A DNA stretch of 32,000 nucleotides from Candidatus Electronema aureum (lineage in GTDB: Bacteria; Desulfobacterota; Desulfobulbia; Desulfobulbales; Desulfobulbaceae). The stretch's first letter is position 1. Each line of letters opens with the position of its first letter. Positions 8,483-18,241 of this stretch are shown here, piece after piece. The notes under the pieces were generated by a model, which saw only the letters and a program-made list of their open reading frames with translations, did not search any database and was not told the origin of the DNA. The stretch spans positions 70,831 to 102,830 of the forward strand of contig NQJD01000007.1 of NCBI GenBank assembly GCA_004284765.1. Direction: 5' to 3'. The translations under genes were made by a program, and so were the position numbers.

Positions 8483-9418
8483 TCAGAACCATCTTTTTTT
8501 CATGAGAAAAAGAACACCAAGAGCTGACATGCTGAATGATATTCCCAACACAATAAAGGCTGAATAGGTTGAATGTTGAAAAGGGAGTTCAATATTCATT
8601 CCGTAAAAACTTGCAATCAGCGTTGGAATCATCAGAATGATGGTGATGGAGGTCAGTATCTTCATCACCGCATTTAAATTGTTAGAGATGACCGAGGCGA
8701 ACGCATCCATCATACCACTAAGAATGTTGCTGTAGATATTCGCCATCTCTATAGCTTGCTTATTCTCGATGATCACATCTTCCAACATGTCTTCATCATC
8801 ATCATTCAATTTGAGCGTTTTTATTTTTAGCAGACGTTCCATCATCAGCTCGTTTGACTTCAGAGAAGTTGTAAAAAATACTAAACTTTTTTCTAAGTTT
8901 AGCAGTTTGATCAGCTCCTCGTTTTTCAGAGACTTCTGTAACTCTTTTTCGATGTCTCCTGTCCGCCGGTTAATTTCTTTTAAAAATTTTAAATACAATA
9001 AGGCTGTACGTAGAAAAATGCGAAGAACAAACCCTATTTTACTGCTGGGAACAATATTTTTTGCCTTGCCAACATGCAATTCAAGAATATCTGTAATATC
9101 TGATGAGCATACAGTAATGAGCATGTTGTTATTTGCAAGTATTATTCCTGCCGGGAGTGTTACAAAAGGGATTTCTGAATTTTTTTCATCGTATTCAGGG
9201 ATTCTCAATACAATGAGAAGATTGCCTTCTTCTATCTCAATCCTTGCTCGTTCATCAATATCTAACGGGTCTGTTAAGAAATCGAGAGGAATGCAGGTTG
9301 CTTTGGATAACTGTTCGAGTTCTTGTTTTGCCGGGCAGATAACATTTATCCAGCAATTTTCTTCAATCGTATCAGTCTCAATATATCCGCTTCCTGACCA
9401 TTTGAATAGTTGAATCAT
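8483..9418 (-). CDS. corA: CorA-family divalent cation (Mg2+/Co2+) transporter
   Basis: 311 aa. The C-terminus has two TM helices bracketing YGMNIELPF (the GMN signature). The gene is strongly AT-rich compared with flanking genes. Confidence 0.85.
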   Translation of the reverse strand: MIQLFKWSGSGYIETDTIEENCWINVICPAKQELEQLSKATCIPLDFLTDPLDIDERARIEIEEGNLLIVLRIPEYDEKNSEIPFVTLPAGIILANNNMLITVCSSDITDILELHVGKAKNIVPSSKIGFVLRIFLRTALLYLKFLKEINRRTGDIEKELQKSLKNEELIKLLNLEKSLVFFTTSLKSNELMMERLLKIKTLKLNDDDEDMLEDVIIENKQAIEMANIYSNILSGMMDAFASVISNNLNAVMKILTSITIILMIPTLIASFYGMNIELPFQHSTYSAFIVLGISFSMSALGVLFLMKKRWF

Positions 9419-9517
9419 TTTTTGTCACATTTCCGTATATCGTTTAAATTTTTCCTGAGAGGGAAGATTGCCATCGGTGCAAGGAAGATACTTTTCCTTA
9501 CACCTTGTTATTTCAAC

Positions 9518-10627
<1,110 letters not shown>

Positions 10628-10677
10628 TTAAAATTTTTTGGAGAGAATACCAGAAAAAAAACCGATTGCCAAGGCTG

Positions 10678-11319
10678 TCAAGGCTGTTTCCGTAGGGCGG
10701 TCAGTAGGCGCGGATGGCCAGAAAATGGTAGGCTGCATTTGAGGCTATCAACCGTCTGCCAGCGATCTACGTTCCATGTTTGCCGCTCCTCTGCTGCCAG
10801 CATCAGGATAACTAAGGTTTCCGGCCCAGCAGTCTGCTCGATGAGAGGCAGAAAAATATCCGGCGCAGCCACGGCCCGACTGGTGATAAAGGTGAACGCT
10901 TCTGGCAGTGCTTTGCTTGGTTCAAGTCGCTCTTCGCGCACCGAGACATTGGTCAGCTTCAGCGTCCGCGCGATATGGCGAAGAAAGGCAGTGCGTTTCT
11001 GACGTGGCTCCAGTAGCGTTACGCACAATTCTGGTCTGACCGCAGCCAAAACCAGACCGGGAAAGCCTGCGCCGCTGCCCACATCAAGCAGGTGTGCGCC
11101 TTCACTACCGTGTCGATCCAGCAACGGCAGTAGGATTAGCGAATCGAGGAAATGCTTTTCCATGATTTCCGCCGCTGAAGTGTCGCGCGCGATCAGATTG
11201 ATCTTCCGATTCCACTTTCGCAGCTCGCTACAGTAAATCAGGAGCCGTTCTACGGCGTGTTCTTCAAGCCTGATACCAAGCCGATTCACTCCGGTCAATA
11301 ATTGCTTATAGTCGCACAT
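10678..11319 (-). CDS. rsmG: 16S rRNA (guanine527-N7)-methyltransferase RsmG (GidB)
   Basis: KWNRKINLIA, HFLDSL, the SAM motif LLDVGSGAGFPGLVLA, 213 aa. Confidence 0.85.
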   Translation of the reverse strand: MCDYKQLLTGVNRLGIRLEEHAVERLLIYCSELRKWNRKINLIARDTSAAEIMEKHFLDSLILLPLLDRHGSEGAHLLDVGSGAGFPGLVLAAVRPELCVTLLEPRQKRTAFLRHIARTLKLTNVSVREERLEPSKALPEAFTFITSRAVAAPDIFLPLIEQTAGPETLVILMLAAEERQTWNVDRWQTVDSLKCSLPFSGHPRLLTALRKQP

Positions 11320-11343
11320 TTAGTATCTGAGAGGTGCAGCTTT

Positions 11344-12657
11344 TCAAGACGCATCGTCGGACTGATCGGGAAGGCTGTTGCTACAGCTTTCCCCACTGAG
11401 GCAGAACAGGCTGCGCACCACAGAAATGCGCTCTTGCCGGTCAACGCACTCGTGTTCTGCTTTGAGGTACCGCAGGGGATGATGAAGCAGCTTGTTAGCA
11501 ATCGCCGCTGCCATACGTTCAATGCTCTGCCGTTCTTTTTCGCCAAGACCGTTGATTCGGGGTAGGGTTTTCTCTAACTGATTACGGCAGATAGATTCGG
11601 CAAGGGTTTGCAGTTCAACGATGGTTGGCGTGACCTCCATCGCCTCTAACCAACGCATGAATTTGAAGGTTTCCTCCTCAACAATATGCCGCGCCTTGAC
11701 CGCTTCTTTGTCCCTTTGCTCCCGGTTCATCTCAACGACGTTGTTTAAGTCGTCGATGTCGTAGAGATAAACGTTGTCGAGGGTGTTGATTTCTGGATCA
11801 AGGTCACGGGGTACGGCGATGTCGATCAAGAAGAGCGGACGATTGCGGCGGCGCGGCATGACCGAGGCCACGTCCTGTTTGTGGAGAACAAGGCCCGTTG
11901 CGCCGGTGGAACTGATAATGATGTCCGCCTCAGCAAGCTGCGCAACTAATTCATCTAATCCGGCGGCTCGACCTTTGAAGCGGGCAGCAAGATTGACAGC
12001 CCGCTCTAAGGTACGGTTGACCACCACTACCTCGGCGATACCTTGGCCGACTAAATGCTCGGCAGCTAATTCGGCCATTTCACCCGCGCCAATCAGCATC
12101 ACCCGCTTGCCTTCCAAAGAGCCGAAAATTTTTTTGCCCAACTCCACTGCGGCATAGGAAATTGAGACCGCACTGGCTCCGATGCGGGTTTCTGTTCGCA
12201 CTCGCTTGGCCGCTGAAAATGCCTTGTGCAACAGTCGATTGAGGATCAGGCCAGAGGTTTTCAACTCAGAGGCGTGACGGTAGGCTTCCTTGAGCTGGCC
12301 GAGAATCTGGGCCTCGCCCACAATCATAGAATCTAAGCTGGCTGCAACGGTGAAGAGATGCCGCACCGCCTCGCTGCCGGAGTGGGTATAGACGCAGCTT
12401 TCAAGCTGCTCTTGGCTGACCCGGCCAGCAAAGAGTAGGTTTAGCACCTCGGCCCGCATCTGTTCTGGCTCCTCGCTGGCAAAGAGCACCTCCACCCGGT
12501 TGCAGGTGGAGAGCAGGTAATATTCTTTCAAGCCGCGCAGCTGGCGGAGCTGGTTCAGTGGTTCTTCATAACCGCCAGTCAGGGCCAGCTTTTCACGAAT
12601 TGCTAATGGAGTTTTCTTATGATTCACTCCCAGCAGAATGATGGATTCACGCGCCAT
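11344..12657 (-). CDS. hemA: glutamyl-tRNA reductase
   Basis: LLGVNHKKTPLAIREKL, the active-site region LSTCNRVEV, and the NADPH motif VMLIGAGEMAEL. 437 aa. Confidence 0.92.
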   Translation of the reverse strand: MARESIILLGVNHKKTPLAIREKLALTGGYEEPLNQLRQLRGLKEYYLLSTCNRVEVLFASEEPEQMRAEVLNLLFAGRVSQEQLESCVYTHSGSEAVRHLFTVAASLDSMIVGEAQILGQLKEAYRHASELKTSGLILNRLLHKAFSAAKRVRTETRIGASAVSISYAAVELGKKIFGSLEGKRVMLIGAGEMAELAAEHLVGQGIAEVVVVNRTLERAVNLAARFKGRAAGLDELVAQLAEADIIISSTGATGLVLHKQDVASVMPRRRNRPLFLIDIAVPRDLDPEINTLDNVYLYDIDDLNNVVEMNREQRDKEAVKARHIVEEETFKFMRWLEAMEVTPTIVELQTLAESICRNQLEKTLPRINGLGEKERQSIERMAAAIANKLLHHPLRYLKAEHECVDRQERISVVRSLFCLSGESCSNSLPDQSDDAS

Positions 12658-13462
12658 AATCAGCTACTCCTTTCATCAGCAGCAACCAGAACGTCAGCAG
12701 AACAGCGGCAAAGGCCAGCACGGTGAGCAGGGCGGCCCGTCTGCCCCGCCAGCCTTGGACAAAACGGTGGTGCATCAGACCGGCGTAGAGCAGCCACGTG
12801 ATCATCGCGCTGATGATTTTGGTGTGCCAGCCCAAGCCTCGGTGTCCGCCAAGTTGGAAGGCCCAGACCGTGCCGATGCTCATGCCCAAGGTCATTAACA
12901 GGAAGCCGATGCCGATGCAATGCTGGTTAAGGTTGTCCAATGCCTCCAGCGAGGGCAGACGGTGATAGAAGAAACCGAAGTGCTTTTGCTTGAGCTGCCG
13001 TTCCTGAATTAGGTACATCAGACCGCCAATGGCCGCGAGCGAGAGAAAGGCATAAGCGACAATCGAGATGGAAGCATGAACCGGCAGCAGCCAAGTCCGC
13101 AGCTCCGGCGGCAGAGGCAGGATAGCCTGCGGGGCTGCGGTGGCGGCCAGCATCAGGATAGTGATCAGCAAAACGGCAAAGCTGCCGAAGTTCTTCACCG
13201 CATATCGCCAGCGGAAGGAAAGGTAGCAGCAGGCCAGCGACCAGGCAAAGAACGAGATGATCTCGTGAATACTGGTGATCGGCGTATGTTCTGCCTCAAC
13301 ATAGCGGGCGGCGATGTTGACAGTGTGCAGTCCAGCCGCGACGCAGAAGATGACGCGGGCCACCGTGTGGAGCGTTTTCTTCTGTCTGATGAAGAAGACG
13401 GTATAGACTGCCGCAGCGGCGAGATAGGCTGCAAGGCTGAGTTGAAAAAGCAGATGGCTCAT
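12647..13462 (-). CDS. cytochrome c assembly family membrane protein (CcsA/HemX-like)
   Basis: 271-aa polytopic protein sitting between a precorrin-2 dehydrogenase gene and hemA, the position of hemX in Bacillus hemAX operons. It has a Trp-rich C-terminal segment (GTVWAFQLGGHRGLGWHTKIISAMITWLLY). It overlaps hemA by 11 nt. Confidence 0.65.
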   Translation of the reverse strand: MSHLLFQLSLAAYLAAAAVYTVFFIRQKKTLHTVARVIFCVAAGLHTVNIAARYVEAEHTPITSIHEIISFFAWSLACCYLSFRWRYAVKNFGSFAVLLITILMLAATAAPQAILPLPPELRTWLLPVHASISIVAYAFLSLAAIGGLMYLIQERQLKQKHFGFFYHRLPSLEALDNLNQHCIGIGFLLMTLGMSIGTVWAFQLGGHRGLGWHTKIISAMITWLLYAGLMHHRFVQGWRGRRAALLTVLAFAAVLLTFWLLLMKGVADYGA

Positions 13463-14130
13463 CTGTTATTTTCCGGCTGACTAAAGTCAAAATTGGCATC
13501 CGGCCCCAGCACTGTGCGCAGATGGCTGCGCAATCGCTCCCCTTGGCCGTTTCGTATCCAGCCGAGTATATCCTCATGCAGCAGATTCTCAAACAGATTT
13601 CTTCGCGCCGAGCCGTCTGCTATCCCGGCCAGTGCCTGTTCGCGGATGCGGCCCAGCAGCTCCAGCAGGACAGCATATTCTGGGCCGTAATCAGCTTCTA
13701 TCTGTTTCCTAATCCGGGCGGCAAGGGCTGGGCTTTTGCCATTGGTCGATACAGCAATACTCAGATCGCCCTGCCGAACAACCGCCGGAACTTGGAAGTT
13801 GCACAGCTCCGGTGCGTCGGCTATGTTGACTAATTGGCCGCCCGCTGCTGCCGCCCGCGCCACAGCTTCATTGACGTACCTGCTGTCTGTAGCTGCGAAA
13901 ACTAACAGAGCCTCAGCAAGATCGCTCGATTGAAAACAGCGCGGCAACCAGTCAATCCGTCCTTCAGCGGCTAAAGCGGTCAAGGCATCAGTCAACTGCG
14001 GACTGATTACCCGCACATGCGCCTCAGCTTCGAGCAAGGAAAGAATCTTACGTTCTGCTACTCTGCCGCCACCGATGACTACGCAGCGTCGTCCACTGAT
14101 ACTGAGAAAGATTGGGTACATATACTGCAC
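13459..14130 (-). CDS. precorrin-2 dehydrogenase / sirohydrochlorin ferrochelatase (CysG N-terminal / SirC / Met8-like)
   Basis: The Rossmann motif CVVIGGGRVAERK and NIADAPELCNFQVPAVV...ISTNGKSPALA are typical of siroheme synthase N-terminal domains. The start is GTG at 14130 (GAGAGG 8 nt upstream) or ATG at 14121. Confidence 0.8.
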   Translation of the reverse strand: MQYMYPIFLSISGRRCVVIGGGRVAERKILSLLEAEAHVRVISPQLTDALTALAAEGRIDWLPRCFQSSDLAEALLVFAATDSRYVNEAVARAAAAGGQLVNIADAPELCNFQVPAVVRQGDLSIAVSTNGKSPALAARIRKQIEADYGPEYAVLLELLGRIREQALAGIADGSARRNLFENLLHEDILGWIRNGQGERLRSHLRTVLGPDANFDFSQPENNR

Positions 14131-14156
14131 AATGAATTCCTCTCATCAAAAGAACG

Positions 14157-14894
14157 ATGAACCTTGTCCTTTTTGAAGAACATGAGCTACAGACAGGTGG
14201 TCTGCTAGTTCTATCTGACGTTCGGGCCGAGCATATCCGCAAGGTGCTTGGTCTTCTTGTTGACGACAGCCTGCGTATCGGCATGATTAACGGTACGTTA
14301 GGCCGAGGAACTGTTCTCAGTATTGATGCTGAAGCAGTGACGCTCGCGGTGCAACTTGACCGAGAGCCGCCGCCACTGGTGCCGGTGGAACTGATTCTCG
14401 CGCTACCCCGCCCGATCATGCTCCAGCGTATCCTCAAGCAGGCGGCTACGATAGGCGTGGGGCGTATTCACCTGCTCCGCTCCGCCAAGGTGGAGAAATC
14501 TTTCTTTCACTCCCCTGCCCTGCTCCCGGAAAAAATTCGCGAGCGGCTACTGGAAGGACTGGCGCAGGCGACGGTTGATACTCGCCTGCCGGAAGTCTGC
14601 ATTCATCCGCTCTTCAAAGTCTTTGTTCAAGATGCGCTGCCGGAATTGGAAGGCTGCCGTCTGCTCGCTCATCCCGGCGTGCTGCCTACCCTGCCGGAGG
14701 TCTTTCCCCGCAGCAAAGAGCGCATTCTTCTTGCGGTTGGCCCAGAAGGTGGCTGGAATGACTACGAGGTAAGCTGCTTTTTGGAGCAAGGTTTTGCCGC
14801 CTTTGCTATGGGCAGCAGAATCCTGCATGTGGATACCGCTGTGGCGGTGCTACTTGGCCAGCTTGCGCTGCTGCGGACGTTGACTGCTGGTTGA
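14157..14894 (+). CDS. rsmE: 16S rRNA (uracil1498-N3)-methyltransferase RsmE family
   Basis: 245 aa. PUA-like N-terminus and a SPOUT C-terminus with LLAVGPEGGW and LGSRILHVDTA-type motifs. Confidence 0.8.
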   Translation: MNLVLFEEHELQTGGLLVLSDVRAEHIRKVLGLLVDDSLRIGMINGTLGRGTVLSIDAEAVTLAVQLDREPPPLVPVELILALPRPIMLQRILKQAATIGVGRIHLLRSAKVEKSFFHSPALLPEKIRERLLEGLAQATVDTRLPEVCIHPLFKVFVQDALPELEGCRLLAHPGVLPTLPEVFPRSKERILLAVGPEGGWNDYEVSCFLEQGFAAFAMGSRILHVDTAVAVLLGQLALLRTLTAG

Positions 14895-14897
14895 GTT

Positions 14898-17420
14898 TTA
14901 CTTCCGTTTGTCTGTTGCCAGCACCGAGTAAAACTTATCGATCATCCGCTTGTGACTGAGAGCAACGCTAGAATCACGCAGCAGCAGGCTGGTCATGTCT
15001 TTTTCCGAAATCGGCATACTGAAGAGATAGCCTTGGCCTTCGTCACAGCGGCTTTTTTGAAGAAAAAAGAGATGTTCCTCGGTTTCAATACCTTCAGCGA
15101 TGACCTTGAAGCCGAGATTTTTGGCAATGGAGATAATGCCCAACGTGATGGCCGCATCAGTCTTGTTGGTGGTGACATTGGTGATGAAAGAGCGGTCGAT
15201 TTTTATTTTATCTACCCGTAAATGTTGGAGATAACTAAAGGAAGAATAGCCGGTACCAAAGTCATCAATGGCTGTTTTCACGCCCTGCTCTCGCAGTTTG
15301 TTGATCAGATCAACCGTGAATTCCATATTCTCAATGAGTACACCTTCGGTGAACTCCACCTCCAATGCCTCAGGCGGATAACCGGTGCTTTCAATGCAGC
15401 TCATGATCTGATGGTAGAGATCACGCCGTCGCAGCAGTCGTCCGGAGAGATTGACCGCCATGATGAATTTCTTAAAGCCCATGTCCCGCCATTTTTTCCC
15501 TTGAGCGCAGGCTTTGCGTACTAAGTCCAAGCCGAGCTTTTCGATCAGGCCGGTGTTTTCGGCAATAGGAATGAAGGCTGCCGGAGAAATCATCCCCTTG
15601 ACTGGATGCACCCAGCGGGCGAGTGCTTCCATACCGCAGATCGAACCGTTGGTTAGGCTGACTTGAGGCTGATAGTAATTGATCAGCTCGTTGTCCGCCA
15701 CGGCCTTGCGTAGGTCGTTTTCCAAATACAGGCTTTCTGCCGCTTGGATTTTCATCCCGCTGTCCCACGAGCAGATGCGGTTGCCGCCTTCGCCCTTGGC
15801 CGCCTCCATTGCTGTGTCTGCATTACGCAAGATTTCCAACGGACTGCCACCGTCTTCGGGATAAACGCTAAAGCCGATGCTGGGCCGAATGAGAATAGCG
15901 CGGGCTTCATTGTTGACCGGGGTGCGGAAACGCTGCATGATTTTTTCTGCCAGCTTTTTAGCCCGCTCTCGGCTTGCAGGTGGTGGCAGAACTATGGCAA
16001 ATTCATCTCCACTCAGGCGAGCAACTAAATCTGCACCTGCGTCGTCAGCACATTTCTTGAGAATCGTGGCTACGCTGCACAGGATTTTATCGCCGAAGCC
16101 AGGGCCAAAGATGCGGTTGATGCGCTTGAAATGATCGAGATCAACATAGAGCAGCGCAATGCCGCCCTCAGATTCCTTACCGAGCAGCGAAATAGAATCC
16201 TCAAGATACTGCTGAAATGAAGGACGATCAGCCAAGCCAGTTAGCGCATCTATGCCGAGACTGCCTGTACGCTGATTTTCCTTGGCTGAAGCTGCGGTAG
16301 CAGGAGGAAAGGTGCAGCGTTGGAGAGCTGATTCGTTATCCTTCGGGAAAAGCAAGCAGATGTACCCTTTTTCCCTGCCCTCTTCGTCACCCTCGCTGCG
16401 GGTAATAGACAGGGCTGAAGGTTGTAGCTCGCATTTCTGCTCATCCTGGGCACCTTGGAGCAGTGCCGCCTTGCCCTGCCAACTGCCTTTTTCTTCGGCC
16501 TCTTGCAGTGCTTCTTCTAAGCTCTGGTTTGGTTCGGTCAGTTCAATCAGCTGATCAAGCCGTTTGGTCTGTACTGCGTTCAGTGTGCAGTCACAGCGAT
16601 TGAGGAAAACAGGATTCGCATATAGAATTTTCTGTTCTACGCTGATAAACAGGATGCCGCAGCTTTGACTATCCATGACCTGTCGCCGGATAGACAGCTC
16701 TTTCTGCATCCTAAACGAGGCAGTTCTGGCCTGATGGAGTTGGGATTTGTATTGCATCAACTGCTGATGCAGGATTTCAACGCCGACATCCGGCTCTGCT
16801 GCCACGTCCCCGGTTTCTTCATCAAGAGGTGTTAGTTGTTCCTCTTCCTCATGTACTTCCGGCTCTGGCTTTGGTGCTTCGCTCTTTTTTTCGTCGATCT
16901 TCAGCTCGACAGGCGGCACAGCCACAGTCGGTTTGATGCTGTCATTTTCTGATGGTGCAACTTCTTCTTGCTGTTCACGCCCAATACTTATTGTGCCCCA
17001 GCTCATGATATGTTCTTCACAAAAAATGACTGCTGGAACGCTGTGGCCCGGAGCAAGTCCTTTGCTTCGGCTCACCGGCTTAACCGTCACGGTAAAACAA
17101 ACCGGCCCAGTTTTTATCACGCTGATTAAGCGGGAAAACTGGCGAAACGGCTCAACCGTCAGCTGTGGTTCCTCAACGCCATCTATTACAAAAGTTAGCT
17201 GGAAAACAGTCTCTTGCTGTTCTGAGGACGGAGGCAGGCGCAGCTCTTCCGGCTGCCAGCTGATGACCGCGCTGGCACTGGTACTGTTTTTGTTTTTATC
17301 AAGAAAGGGGAAAGGGCTTTTGAACCGGCAGAACTGGCAGGTGAAGCTGTTGGTTTCAATCAGAGCCGGGCTTAGAGTGATGCTATTCCGCTGTCCGCAT
17401 TCCTCACAAAAGAGAATCAT
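14898..17420 (-). CDS. c-di-GMP signalling protein: N-terminal zinc ribbon, acidic linker, PAS-like region, degenerate GGDEF (SGDEF) and EAL phosphodiesterase domain
   Basis: CEECG...(x20)...CQFC zinc-ribbon at residues 5-32. The GGDEF domain has RLSGDEFAIVL. The EAL domain has GMEALARW, NLSGR, DDFGTGYSS, KIDRSF, EGIETEE and GQGYLF. Confidence 0.85.
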   Translation of the reverse strand: MILFCEECGQRNSITLSPALIETNSFTCQFCRFKSPFPFLDKNKNSTSASAVISWQPEELRLPPSSEQQETVFQLTFVIDGVEEPQLTVEPFRQFSRLISVIKTGPVCFTVTVKPVSRSKGLAPGHSVPAVIFCEEHIMSWGTISIGREQQEEVAPSENDSIKPTVAVPPVELKIDEKKSEAPKPEPEVHEEEEQLTPLDEETGDVAAEPDVGVEILHQQLMQYKSQLHQARTASFRMQKELSIRRQVMDSQSCGILFISVEQKILYANPVFLNRCDCTLNAVQTKRLDQLIELTEPNQSLEEALQEAEEKGSWQGKAALLQGAQDEQKCELQPSALSITRSEGDEEGREKGYICLLFPKDNESALQRCTFPPATAASAKENQRTGSLGIDALTGLADRPSFQQYLEDSISLLGKESEGGIALLYVDLDHFKRINRIFGPGFGDKILCSVATILKKCADDAGADLVARLSGDEFAIVLPPPASRERAKKLAEKIMQRFRTPVNNEARAILIRPSIGFSVYPEDGGSPLEILRNADTAMEAAKGEGGNRICSWDSGMKIQAAESLYLENDLRKAVADNELINYYQPQVSLTNGSICGMEALARWVHPVKGMISPAAFIPIAENTGLIEKLGLDLVRKACAQGKKWRDMGFKKFIMAVNLSGRLLRRRDLYHQIMSCIESTGYPPEALEVEFTEGVLIENMEFTVDLINKLREQGVKTAIDDFGTGYSSFSYLQHLRVDKIKIDRSFITNVTTNKTDAAITLGIISIAKNLGFKVIAEGIETEEHLFFLQKSRCDEGQGYLFSMPISEKDMTSLLLRDSSVALSHKRMIDKFYSVLATDKRK

Positions 17421-17707
17421 AGATATTGCATCGGAAGAGTAAAAGATTTACTGTACGCCCTGCGCTGCCCGCAGCGAAAAGCGGCAGCGGAAACCCGACA
17501 GCCTGCTTGTTATTTTTCTATTGGTGAAAATACCATGTATTCTGGCTGCGGTCAATGACCGGGCAGTCTTTACCTATGCCGCATATCCCAGCTGCTTTCC
17601 TGCGAAAGAATCCACAAAATATGTACATCTTGCCCAAGGAGCAGTCCTGAGCGAGGAAATATTGTTCTGCACCCTGCCGGACAGAGACCGGAACAAGGAA
17701 ACACACG

Positions 17708-18241
17708 ATGAGTGAAAACGGACAAAAAGGCCTATTGATAGTCTATACCGGCAACGGCAAGGGCAAGACCACTGCCGCCCTCGGCTTGACCTTGCGCGCT
17801 CTCGGTCACGGTCACCGGGTTTGCTTTATTCAGTTCATCAAAGGCAGCTGGAAGTACGGCGAGCTGACCGCAGTGGAACGTTTTGCCGATTTGCTCGACT
17901 TTCATGTGATGGGCCGTGGTTTCACTTGGAAATCCGATGATCTGGAAAAAGATGCCGCTGCTGCCCGTGAGGGCTGGGAACTGGTACAAAAGATCATCGC
18001 CGAAGGAAGACATCAGCTGGTAGTTTTGGACGAGCTGACCTACTTGGTCAGGTACAACATGCTGTCTGAACAGGAAATCTTAGACGTGCTGGCGCGACGC
18101 GGGCCGTCTGTGCATGTGGTGGTTACGGGCCGAGGAGCTGGAGAACAGCTCATGCAGGCTGCTGATTTAGTCACCGAGCTGCGCGAGGTTAAGCACCCCT
18201 ACCGACAAGGAATCAAGGCGCAGAAGGGAATTGAATTCTAA
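17708..18241 (+). CDS. cobO: cob(I)yrinic acid a,c-diamide adenosyltransferase (CobO/BtuR type)
   Basis: The P-loop YTGNGKGKTTAALG, FIKG, LDELTY and EVKHPY are characteristic of CobA/CobO/BtuR. AAGGA lies 9 nt upstream of the ATG. Confidence 0.9.
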   Translation: MSENGQKGLLIVYTGNGKGKTTAALGLTLRALGHGHRVCFIQFIKGSWKYGELTAVERFADLLDFHVMGRGFTWKSDDLEKDAAAAREGWELVQKIIAEGRHQLVVLDELTYLVRYNMLSEQEILDVLARRGPSVHVVVTGRGAGEQLMQAADLVTELREVKHPYRQGIKAQKGIEF

